From the NCBI GenBank assembly GCA_964426185.1, contig CAYRPF010000008.1, forward strand, positions 25,651 to 50,391: a stretch of DNA of 24,741 nt. The letters are read 5' to 3'. Position numbers and translations under genes: made by a program. Numbering within the stretch: the first letter of the stretch is position 1; the number at the start of each line of letters is the position of its first letter. The stretch comes from an uncultured archaeon. Lineage in GTDB: Archaea; Asgardarchaeota; Lokiarchaeia; Sigyniarchaeales; Promethearchaeaceae. The notes under the pieces are model-generated. The model had not been told where the DNA came from and searched no databases. It saw only the letters and a list, made by a program, of their open reading frames with translations. Positions 1 to 9,700 of this stretch are shown one piece after another.

Positions 1-20
1 TAGATTCAATTTCCGACTCA

Positions 21-1106
21 ATGGTAGAATCAACTTCTCACTCGACGTTAGCATCAGAATTTAGTTCTCTTGAAGATTCAAATTTATTTTCCTTTCCGAA
101 AATTTCACCCCTTCCAGATATCGTTGACGAAGTATACCATGCGCTACTTAAAGATCAATCTCTTGAGTACGATGATTATTTGACCTTGTTTGAATCGGTT
201 AACGATCTTTATCCAGATCCAATACCCTCCCTAATTCAGCAAGATAGTGAGGTGGCTTTTTACATTGGGGATACTCATGGAGCCATCAAAGATACACAGA
301 ACATAATCAGGTATTTTGACCGACTACTCTCTCGAGAGAATACAAAGCGTATTAAAATAATCTTTTTAGGTGATTATGTGGATCGAAATCCGAATGATTT
401 GGAGAATCTTTCATTGATTGTAGCATTTTGGTTGCGATTTCCAGAAAATGTGGTTATACTCCGCGGAAATCATGAAGATATGAAGATTAACCAATTTTAC
501 GGCTTTTTGCAAAACCTGCAAGATACCTTTCCCATTGAAGACTGGGTCAAAAACCTCTATCAAGAGATTCTCACCTTCTTTATGAAACTTCCAATTATCC
601 ACATAAATAACCTTATTCCCGCTTCAGATTCTGCAGAATCTTCTCCGATTCGTATTTTTGCAGTTCATGCAGGTATTCCCTTAGATCCAGCTAATCCCAA
701 AAAACCCCTCTCATTAGACCAAGTGGTAAGTGAAATCAACCCTCAAGTTTCCACCTATGAACAATTTGATACTTACATGAATTGGCTGTTGTGGGCTGAT
801 CCAAAGGAAGAAGTGGAAGAAATTGCGTTATTACCCGATATCGGCCGTAATCAATTTGGACAGAAACCATTTGATCGATTTATGTTGCATAACAATCTTC
901 AATTTATGGTTCGAGCTCATGAAGTTTTGCCCGAAGGGTTTAAATACTTTTTCAATCAACGTTTGATCAGCCTATTCAGCGCTTCCACCTATAAAAATCG
1001 CAGTATAGGGAAAGCAGCCTTCTTACGGCTTGAAGTGGGTAAATCTCCAGTGTTGTTGAGTACCGACATTGATATGCTGGAAATGGATTTAGAATATTGG
1101 AAATAA
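21..1106 (+). CDS. PPP-family Ser/Thr protein phosphatase (calcineurin-like metallophosphoesterase)
   Basis: Full PPP motif set: GDTHG, GDYVDR, LRGNHE, VHAGI, LLWADP, VRAHE, SLFSASTY. Confidence 0.93.
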   Translation: MVESTSHSTLASEFSSLEDSNLFSFPKISPLPDIVDEVYHALLKDQSLEYDDYLTLFESVNDLYPDPIPSLIQQDSEVAFYIGDTHGAIKDTQNIIRYFDRLLSRENTKRIKIIFLGDYVDRNPNDLENLSLIVAFWLRFPENVVILRGNHEDMKINQFYGFLQNLQDTFPIEDWVKNLYQEILTFFMKLPIIHINNLIPASDSAESSPIRIFAVHAGIPLDPANPKKPLSLDQVVSEINPQVSTYEQFDTYMNWLLWADPKEEVEEIALLPDIGRNQFGQKPFDRFMLHNNLQFMVRAHEVLPEGFKYFFNQRLISLFSASTYKNRSIGKAAFLRLEVGKSPVLLSTDIDMLEMDLEYWK

Positions 1107-1124
1107 ATTTAGAATATTGGAAAT
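1081..1124. repeat. 20-bp-period tandem duplication across the phosphatase stop codon
   Basis: ATTTAGAATATTGGAAAT is identical at 1087-1104 and 1107-1124. Confidence 0.9.
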
Positions 1125-1132
1125 GAAATCTC

Positions 1133-2065
1133 ATGGGATCATCAAATTTAGCAAAATACAATCAAGATTTGATTGATACACTCTCTCGATTGCAGAATAT
1201 GCAAGGTTTATCGGGCGACCTTAATGATAAATTAGATTATTTTATCACCTGGTTTAAAATCCGCCATATATGTCTGCAGATCGGAAAAATTGATGCAGAA
1301 GAAAAAGAGTCTGGATCTATTGTCTCTAAGCTAGAGGGACGCACCACCCATCTTAAACTTTTAGCGCAATTCAAAAGAGAAATTCAACCAAAATTGATAA
1401 AATTTACATCAAATCTCAAGAATCTTCCATTTTCTGACCGAATTTTACTGTTTACAGAACGTATGCGTCGTTATATCGAGCAAAGTCAGTATTTTATCAA
1501 AGATCTCCCCTCAGAAGCAATGCATGTCTATGAAAATATTTGGTTCTTTCTTCAACTCTTCCGCTTTGCCCTAGATCAAAAGCTTATTCATAACCAGATG
1601 GCGATATTAAGAAAAAACATGGCATTATTAAAACAAACCTTTGAAATTGAAGCAGGATCTCCCGATTTAGTGGAACAGCAAACTTCATTATCTTCAGAAC
1701 TACGAAATTCATTAAAGGCTTCTTCCTCACCATCTTTAATAGCGTCAGATTCTTCAGTAAAAACTAATGCTGGACAAAACATTTCTTCCCCATCTTCCGA
1801 AACTCCCATCATGAATAGCGAAATATCGCTTCCTGAATCATCCGAAGAAGAAGAGATCAGTTTGGAAGAACCCCGAATTCATACGATTCCCTCAGTGGAA
1901 GTGAAAACAATTGAGTCACACCGGTATATTTCGGTTTTTCCCTTTCATCGTTGGTTTCCCCCGCAAAGCGTAACTGAATACTGGAGATATCGATTTTGCA
2001 TTAATTGTGGAATGCGCTTAAATCTTGCCTCTCAAGCATGTTCTAATTGTGGGCAACTTAGATAA
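1133..2065 (+). CDS. Hypothetical protein: helical N-domain, Ser/Glu-rich linker, C-terminal zinc ribbon
   Basis: 310-aa ORF 26 bp after the phosphatase; ends in CINCG-x7-ACSNCG. Confidence 0.8.
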   Translation: MGSSNLAKYNQDLIDTLSRLQNMQGLSGDLNDKLDYFITWFKIRHICLQIGKIDAEEKESGSIVSKLEGRTTHLKLLAQFKREIQPKLIKFTSNLKNLPFSDRILLFTERMRRYIEQSQYFIKDLPSEAMHVYENIWFFLQLFRFALDQKLIHNQMAILRKNMALLKQTFEIEAGSPDLVEQQTSLSSELRNSLKASSSPSLIASDSSVKTNAGQNISSPSSETPIMNSEISLPESSEEEEISLEEPRIHTIPSVEVKTIESHRYISVFPFHRWFPPQSVTEYWRYRFCINCGMRLNLASQACSNCGQLR

Positions 2066-2115
2066 ATGAAATATATTCATGAAGATCATTACGTGATGCT
2101 AAGAAATGGAGTAGG

Positions 2116-2126
2116 TTTTTTTTTTT
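2116..2126 (+). terminator. Oligo-T tract, probable archaeal intrinsic terminator
   Basis: T11 run ~50 bp after the stop at 2065. Confidence 0.45.
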
Positions 2127-2200
2127 AAAGTAGATTGTTTTATGTAAAATGAAGTGTGCAAAGATATTGGCGATTTTTACGGGAATAAGAAGGTGAAGAA

Positions 2201-3460
2201 ATGGATCTAACAATGGTGCAATTTAATACTTTGTTCAAGCAAAAAATGCAGGAAGCAAAAATTATAGAAAAGACCCATCCTCGCGATGCTGAGAAATTAT
2301 GGTTTCAACTAACGCTATTTATGATTAATTTCGCAAAATCATCTAACTGTCCCCGAAAACTACGTAAGCAGCTGATTTTCCAAGCGGATACTATTGTGAA
2401 AAAAATCAAACTCATTCGAGCTGGGGTAATAAAATCAGTGGTTGATAGTAATTTTTCCAGAGAAGAATTAGATCAATTGGTAGCGTCATTGAATTCAACT
2501 CCTGCTCAAGTAACCCACACAACATCAAATTCTGAAATATTTCATCAAGATTCGGAGGCCGACCTTATTCACCCTCAGATTAATGAAGATGAATCGGTTA
2601 TTTTTTCTCAATTACAGGCGTTTCCGGATGTTCCCAAAGAATTGATGAATGCCCATCCTAACGACCTTTCCGCGGGGAATACTACCGAGAATACTACCAG
2701 GAATATCATTGGAAGTGCGATGGAAAATACGATGGAAAATGCAACTGAAAATCTTACGGGAAACATAACAGGAAATATTCCGGGAAATACGGCGGCAAAC
2801 ACACATAATAATTTTACAAAGGAACCTTCAGAAATTAAGCCTACCAATGTTCAAAATCCCTTCTTTTTACCACCTTCTTATAACCCGAAGACTAAACTTT
2901 TTAATGGAACAAATAAAGGCATAGAAAAAGCTGATTTAGCCAAATTGTCTACATTGGAGGAAGAGTTGAAGAAAATGCCCGATATTATGAAAGAAGTTTC
3001 TCCCACTCCCTTTTCCAATGCATCTATCATAACTCCGGGTGCAGTTCCTTCTAATACTCCAATTTTAAATCAGTTTAAGCAACCACCCACTACTTTGGAT
3101 ATTACCAAAACGGAAGTGGAAGATAACGCTTCCGAAATCGAACCTGCTCGAAATTTATCTACTGCAAGTTCGTCAAAAAACTATTGTAGGACTCAAAAGG
3201 CACCGAAAATTGCCGGATTTCAAAATATCAATCTGAAAAATTCAGAAGAAAATGTAAAAAACGTCGTGGATCCTTTTGGACCTCAAGGACTAGTTTCAGA
3301 TCCCCATTTTAGTCAATCAGACTTCGATTCTAGGCAACACTTTGATAAGAAGGATGAAAATAATTTAGATTCTTCTATGGAACAGTTTTGTTTTGCTTGT
3401 GGGGGTAAGTTAACTCGTGGTAACTCCATTTGTCCTCACTGTGGAACGGAAAATTTGTAA
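2201..3460 (+). CDS. Hypothetical protein: MIT-like helical N-domain, long disordered region, C-terminal zinc ribbon
   Basis: AGGTGA SD at 2191-2196; C-terminal CFACG...CPHCG; N/P/S/T-rich middle. Confidence 0.8.
   Translation: MDLTMVQFNTLFKQKMQEAKIIEKTHPRDAEKLWFQLTLFMINFAKSSNCPRKLRKQLIFQADTIVKKIKLIRAGVIKSVVDSNFSREELDQLVASLNSTPAQVTHTTSNSEIFHQDSEADLIHPQINEDESVIFSQLQAFPDVPKELMNAHPNDLSAGNTTENTTRNIIGSAMENTMENATENLTGNITGNIPGNTAANTHNNFTKEPSEIKPTNVQNPFFLPPSYNPKTKLFNGTNKGIEKADLAKLSTLEEELKKMPDIMKEVSPTPFSNASIITPGAVPSNTPILNQFKQPPTTLDITKTEVEDNASEIEPARNLSTASSSKNYCRTQKAPKIAGFQNINLKNSEENVKNVVDPFGPQGLVSDPHFSQSDFDSRQHFDKKDENNLDSSMEQFCFACGGKLTRGNSICPHCGTENL
2672..2803 (+). repeat. Degenerate 12-bp coding minisatellite (11 tetrapeptide units)
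   Basis: AGNT TENT TRNI IGSA MENT MENA TENL TGNI TGNI PGNT AANT; exact DNA doublets GAATACTACC and CGATGGAAAAT at 12-bp spacing. Confidence 0.85.
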
Positions 3461-3532
3461 AAAAATCGATAAAAAATTAAAATTCCATGTATCTGAAAAT
3501 TTTTTTGTTATTGATACCTAATTTTTTTCATT

Positions 3533-4489
3533 ATGAATATTTTAGTGACTGGTGGAGCAGGTTTCATTGGTTCCCATCTTGTGGATGCACTCTGTAATCA
3601 AGGGCATAAATGTATAGTGGTAGATTCTCTGATAGATGGTTATGTTTCCAATATTCAACCTCAAATTGATGCCAAACTATGTAAATTTTATCAAAAAGAC
3701 ATTCGAGATGAAAAATTCATGATGGAGGATTTACCTCCAGTCGATTTTGTTTATCATTTCGCTGCCGATCCAGATGTGAGAACCAGCGTTCCAAATCCTA
3801 TGAGTTCATATGACCACAACATGAACGGAACGATGATGATTCTTGAATATATGCGGAAGCATAACATTCTGAAAATGATTTTTGCAAGTTCTGGTGGAAC
3901 TGTTTACGGAGAAGTTGAAAAATTCCCGATCACAGAAGAAACTCCATTTAAACCTATTAGTCCTTACGGAGCTTCTAAGGCTGCCGCTGAAATGTATCTC
4001 TCCGCTTACGCGCATTCATACAATTTAAAAATCGCTTCAGTTCGTTTTGCCAATATCTTTGGAGAGCGCTCACACCACGGGGTGGGATGGGATTTTTATC
4101 ATCACCTAAAGGAGAATCCAAAGGAATTAACAATTTTAGGGGATGGAACGCAGCAGAAATCTTATTTACATGTAGCTGATACCATAAAAGGTATTTTATT
4201 GGTGGCAGAACATTTGACTCTCCAGAATTCACCATATGATGCCTTCAATATTGGCTCTGAATCTTGGTATACTGTGAATGAAATCGCGGCTTTGTATGAA
4301 AAAGAAATGAATTTGCATGCAGTAAATCATGTATATACGGGAGGTTCAAGAGGTTGGGTCGGTGATGTGGCTAAAACTTTGCTTTCAATTGAAAAATTAA
4401 AGAAATTGGGCTTTACCGAGCAAGTTTCCTTTCAAGAAGGCGTCCACCGTTATGTGACATGGATGGAATCCTTGGATAATTCGCCTTGA
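3533..4489 (+). CDS. NAD-dependent nucleotide-sugar epimerase/dehydratase (extended SDR, GalE-like)
   Basis: TGGAGFIG Rossmann motif, ASS, catalytic YGASK, RFANIFG, GDGTQ, FNIG. Confidence 0.92.
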   Translation: MNILVTGGAGFIGSHLVDALCNQGHKCIVVDSLIDGYVSNIQPQIDAKLCKFYQKDIRDEKFMMEDLPPVDFVYHFAADPDVRTSVPNPMSSYDHNMNGTMMILEYMRKHNILKMIFASSGGTVYGEVEKFPITEETPFKPISPYGASKAAAEMYLSAYAHSYNLKIASVRFANIFGERSHHGVGWDFYHHLKENPKELTILGDGTQQKSYLHVADTIKGILLVAEHLTLQNSPYDAFNIGSESWYTVNEIAALYEKEMNLHAVNHVYTGGSRGWVGDVAKTLLSIEKLKKLGFTEQVSFQEGVHRYVTWMESLDNSP

Positions 4490-4707
4490 TATAGCTGAAA
4501 ATGGTTGCTCTTCTCCCGTTCTATTTTTAGAAGTTTTTCCATAAATATACTATTCTGATAGGCGAAAATAGTGACCAATTTGCCAATCCAATTCATAATA
4601 TACAGTTATAATTTCTTCATATGGTAAAATAAAATTCATTTTTATTGAATTCGTTTAGGATTAGAAAAGAAAAATGGGAAAAAATGCCTGGGTTAATTTT
4701 AGATAAT

Positions 4708-5796
4708 TTATGTAAGTTGTTCAATACCTTTGGCGGTTACTAAAAAAGTATGCTCGTATTGGCTTACATAAACCCCTTTTTGCTCCCGTAGGACGTAATG
4801 TTGATAAAGTTTGCCGGTATTTGTCAATTCTCGGATGGCAAACTGACCAGTGCGAAACTCCTGTCTTAATTCTCGGGAACTAAATGGAAGGGTTTTCTTC
4901 TTGTTTCCAATCCACCCCATCACCTTTCGGGTGATTTTACCCCGAAATGGAACACGATCAGCAGAAAGATTATATTCATAAATATAACAATATGGAGATC
5001 GGCTGATGTTTCCCGTACCGGTGCTTGCAAAACATTCTAAAGCGAAAACATCTCCTTCTTCAAAAGTAATTCCGGAAGGCGCCGCTACATTGGGAATTTC
5101 CTTTCCTCCGTGAACCTGCCATTTTTCAATAGAATGTCCACTTAATTCGGGAATCGGGTTATAGCCAAAGCCTTTAATGATTTTTTGGGTTTCTTTTCCT
5201 ATTTCATTGGCTTTGACTCCAGGCTTAATCATAGAAAGACCCTTTTTTACAGCGGTTTCCACTGCTAAAACTAAGTTTTCAGTAATCGGGTCATTATTGA
5301 AAGATACTGTAAATGCGCCATCGGCACAATACCCCTCCACCGCAACGCCAATATCAATTTTCACAACATCTCCATCTTGGATCACATGTTCATCATCTGG
5401 TGGGCTGGTATAATGGGCGGCAACCTCATTAACACATACATTAGTCGGAAATCCGATTTCTCCACCCAATTCAATTATTTTCTCTTCTACTGCTTCACAA
5501 ATATCGAGATATTTTGCACCAACTTTTACTTGTGGGCGGATGAATTCAACTACTTTTCTATGAATTTCTCCTGCTTTTCGAAAAGATTCAAGCCGGAGTT
5601 GTTTTTCATTTTCTTCTTCTTGCTTGGCTTTTTCTTCTTCACTGAGTTCTGGAGAAGGGGTAGATTCATCTTCAGAAGGTTGATTTTCTTCAGGTTTTGG
5701 TGAATTTATTTTTTCACTTTCCTCTTTAGGAGAAGTTTTCGTTGGTTCTGGGGAAGTCGCCTTTGCTGACGACTTTTTAGGTGTTTTTTTCGCCAT
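4708..5796 (-). CDS. map: Methionine aminopeptidase, type II, with N-terminal extension
   Basis: AAHYT, KIDIG, CADGA, GHSI, ALEC and YEHT metal/substrate motifs; type II helical insert between the two Glu ligands. Confidence 0.95.
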   Translation of the reverse strand: MAKKTPKKSSAKATSPEPTKTSPKEESEKINSPKPEENQPSEDESTPSPELSEEEKAKQEEENEKQLRLESFRKAGEIHRKVVEFIRPQVKVGAKYLDICEAVEEKIIELGGEIGFPTNVCVNEVAAHYTSPPDDEHVIQDGDVVKIDIGVAVEGYCADGAFTVSFNNDPITENLVLAVETAVKKGLSMIKPGVKANEIGKETQKIIKGFGYNPIPELSGHSIEKWQVHGGKEIPNVAAPSGITFEEGDVFALECFASTGTGNISRSPYCYIYEYNLSADRVPFRGKITRKVMGWIGNKKKTLPFSSRELRQEFRTGQFAIRELTNTGKLYQHYVLREQKGVYVSQYEHTFLVTAKGIEQLT

Positions 5797-5884
5797 GTAA
5801 AATCACTTGGTGTATGAATAAAAAAAAATGCCATTTCCCTTTAATTTTTCCCTCATTTTAAGAAGTGTTATCAAAAAATGATAC

Positions 5885-6544
5885 TTAAAGTAGTTTTTTT
5901 TTGCTAAAATATGGCAGAGTGCGAAGATCTTTAATAATTTCATCGGTAATTTCTTTTAGACTTTTGGTAGCATCGACAATTACGTGGTTTTTATCCAGAT
6001 TTTGCTGTGCAATTTCCAAAAAGAGTATTCTTATTTTTTGCTGAAAGCTGAGTGTTTCAAATTTCTCCATTTCTACATCGCTAACATTATTATGTTGCTT
6101 CCGTCGAGCTAGACTGTCTTGAGCTTCAATATCCAGCAAATATATTCGATCGGGGATCAAGCTAAACTTATTCAAATTTTGAATCCAATCAAAGGTCAGA
6201 CCAGCCTCACTACCTTGAATTGTTTGATATACCAGTGAAGAATCGATATAACGGTCAGAGATCACAATTTTACCATCATTTAAGGCCGGTAGTATCTCAT
6301 TAAATCCATGTTCCAAACGGTCTGCGGCAAAAAGTAAAGCATCAACAGCAGGATGGATTGTATTATCTTGTAAATTATTACGAATAATCCGACCAATTTG
6401 CCCTTGTGATGGTTCTGCAGTTTGAACTACTGTGATATCATGCTTTTCAAAGAAGGAACACAAGTTTTGAGCTACGGTTGTCTTTCCACTTCCATCAATT
6501 CCTTCTAAAACCAGAAAAAATCCCGTCCAAGGTGCTTTTCTCAT
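5885..6544 (-). CDS. tmk: Thymidylate (dTMP) kinase
   Basis: EGIDGSGKTT P-loop, LLFAADR, SDRYIDSSLVYQ. Confidence 0.96.
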   Translation of the reverse strand: MRKAPWTGFFLVLEGIDGSGKTTVAQNLCSFFEKHDITVVQTAEPSQGQIGRIIRNNLQDNTIHPAVDALLFAADRLEHGFNEILPALNDGKIVISDRYIDSSLVYQTIQGSEAGLTFDWIQNLNKFSLIPDRIYLLDIEAQDSLARRKQHNNVSDVEMEKFETLSFQQKIRILFLEIAQQNLDKNHVIVDATKSLKEITDEIIKDLRTLPYFSKKKLL

Positions 6545-6567
6545 ACTCAGCTAGGATTTTAGTGGGA

Positions 6568-6718
6568 TACCTTTAAATTATTTTGAAAAATTTCCTTATG
6601 ATCAAAATTAAAACAAATTTCAAATTTGGGCCAAAAAATAAGTCTAAAAATTACCAATTTTCAACGATTAAGAAGATTTCATCCTTATTCGATTTCAATA
6701 GCTTAAGATTTAAAGGTA
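6568..6718. promoter_or_regulatory. Divergent promoter region with mirror TATA-like boxes and a central pseudo-palindrome
   Basis: ATTTAAAGGTA on the minus strand (6568-6578) and plus strand (6708-6718); TTTAAA begins 33 and 35 bp before the tmk and giant-gene ATGs; TTTGGGCCAAA at 6625-6635. Confidence 0.6.
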
Positions 6719-6743
6719 CTGGGTTCGAACTTAATAATATATT

Positions 6744-9700
6744 ATGGTGAAAGGTACTGCTAAAGTTTTGACCTGGAAAAATATCATCAAATTAATTATA
6801 CTAACTTCTTTGGTTGTGGGCGTTTACATGTTTAACACGACCCTTATTGCGTTACTCACAGATCCAACTGCTGGAGAACTAGAACGCTCTCAAAATGAGA
6901 ATGAGATCCAACCTTGGGATGATGTTACTAAAGTAGAGTTAACATTTGATCCAAGTGCCTATATTGAGGCTCTTTTAAATTCGGATCTATTAAATAATAT
7001 GTCTCTTGAAGAACAGCTAGAATTGATGGAAAATATGTTCGGTGATGGCATTGAAGATTATCTTGCTCAATCTGAATTGACTCCGAATGAGTTCTTTGAC
7101 ACATATGATGATGAATTAGCAACTTTGCTTGATAGCTTAGCTGGGGATAGTTTTTCTGGAGATTTACTCGATCAATTTAATGATCCTGCTTTAGTTGCAG
7201 TCCTTATCGCCAAACCTATGTTCTTTGCTGCAGGAAATAATCCAGCAAATCCTTGGAATGATCAGCAAGATACTCTCTTTAAAGCAAAGGCGTTTGATCA
7301 ATACGATTTGGTGAACTTTGATTGGACAGAAGGAAGTATTGGTGGTTCAGGGACCTTAATTCCAGATCCAGATAGTTCAGATCAGAAATTTCATCTCAAA
7401 GTCCCAGTTGTTATTACTGATCAAACAGTAACTACTCTATTTACCAATTCTCCCCATCCTCGTATACTTCAAGACTCTTTACAAGTATCTCCTATTTCTC
7501 CAACTTCTGATCCCAGTTTGAAGAGTCAATCCTATTTAGGAGGTGCTTGGGCAGAATCTTCTTTTTCTTTGCAAGATATGACTCAAATGACCAACTTTTC
7601 TTATGATTTACTCTACAATGATAATGATTATCCATCAGCTAGCTATTACAACGGGTTAAATTTAGAAATGACGGATTATACCGCATTAGATACTGAGGTA
7701 GAGGGTTGTTTAACCGGACCATTTGACGGGACAAATACTATCACTTGGACTCAATACCGGGCAACTCATCCCAATTTTGCCTCCGTTGCATCACAGTTAG
7801 AATCATATATAGGATTTACTTCAGCCACAACAACTTACCAAAAAATGCAAGCCATTACCGATTTTGTAGGGGCTAATTTTGTATACAATCCTCTGGGAGA
7901 TGCCCGGCCACCTGAAGGAGAAGATCCGTTAGAATGGTTCTGTCAAAGCGGTGAATCTCAATATCCCTTTGAATTCAGTTCGTTAACAGTTGCGCTTGCT
8001 CGCTTAAAGGGTATCAGTGCTAGATATGTAACTGGCTATAAATATAATGATCTATTATCCGAAAGTTTAGGAATTAGTTCGTTTTATGATTCCACCGATG
8101 GAATGACGTATTATCCCTATTTGGTTGGTAATATATATACTTGGGTTGAAGCTTTTATTCCCACTTCAGATACGACTGGTGATTGGGTTCCATTTGATAA
8201 TCATTTCACCGCCACTCCTCAAATTCCCCAGAGTCCTGATGATGTTCAGTTTATTTTAACATATAATGATGGTGGTTTTTACCCAGACATAGCAGGTTAT
8301 GAAAGAGTAGATGATTTCGGTGCGAATCAATCTGTTGATATTACTCTTACTTATAAGTTTAATGACGATCCGATGGGTTCACAATTAATTAACCTCTATG
8401 ATGTTACCTACGATCAGCCCTTAGATTTCGGTTACACCGATGCAAATGGCCAGATTACCTTCAGTTTGGATTTAAATCAATTAACTGTAGGACCGCACAC
8501 GTTAAATATTACTACGGAATACTACGGCGTGCCGATATTTAATATAACTGTAGTTAATGTCTTAGGAGAAGTAGAGATATACAGTAATGTTTCAAATAGT
8601 ATTATAGTTTCTGGACCGAATACTCCGCAAACTCAAGGAATAAGCGGTTATGCATATGATCCAGTAACTCATAGAAATGTTGCCAACGCTGAACTTAATT
8701 TCACTGGGGTTAAATTAGCTACCATTAATGAACCTATACCACAAAGCTTTGATGTTTCACCAAATAGTGTGGTAACTGGAAGTTCAGGAACATTTTCTAC
8801 TTCTGTATCTATTCCTGGATTTATTTCTGCCGATTGGGGCAGTCAGTATGAGATTTTCACCAATTTTCTGGGTGTTTTTGATATATCAGCTGATATTGCC
8901 AAATTTTCTCCTGCATTTCAGACCTACTTCTCATCATTTCCAACACGACTTCCTGCTCACCTTGCTGCGGGTTATACTGATTCTAAAAATGAAACTTTCT
9001 TAATGTATAACGATAATTACTATGAATATCATTTCTACTTAAATACTACGCGATATTCTCATAATTCTTCAACACCGACATATCAAGACTCATTAATTTA
9101 TGGTAGCCGTTCTAATTTAGTATTGAACTTCTCAGCGTCATTGTGGCAAGGCTATAATTATTCTTCGGGAGCTACAATTCAAATTTTCGATGAATCTGAA
9201 GGAAATCGGCTTGTCACTTCATTTACAACAAATTCTTTTGGATATGGATCCATACTTCATGATATTAGTTCAGATGCTGCAACAGATTGGACTGCTGGAC
9301 CACATCTATTGCGGATGGAATGGTTAGGTGCACCAAATACTGCCGAAACATATTTCTATATTTTTATTGAAGAACCGGTAGTAGTGGATCAACTTTCTGA
9401 AGTATTTAATGGGGGAACAGGAGGGTTGCCTTCAAAAACTAACGTTTATTTCTTAAATAATGAATTAGGGGATCCTTATGATAACTTCACGGTTTATGGG
9501 TGCATTTATGATGCAATAACAGGCGAAAACTTATCGAATTATGTGATTCATTATCGATTATTTGATCGATTAGGGCTGCCCCACAATGTTAGCTTTTTAC
9601 AGCAAGGTGTTTTCTCCGAAGAAGTAACCAATCCCGCATTAGGCTTCAGTGAGAAATTTAATTTCTTCAATTTTAGCGCCCCTTCATATGATCCGTTCCG

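Noticed and set aside
1081-1124. Possible CRISPR repeat
   Set aside because: Only two adjacent copies, no spacers and no cas genes.
6720-6731. GGGTTCGAAC resembles a tRNA T-loop
   Set aside because: No surrounding cloverleaf stems; AT-rich context immediately before a start codon.
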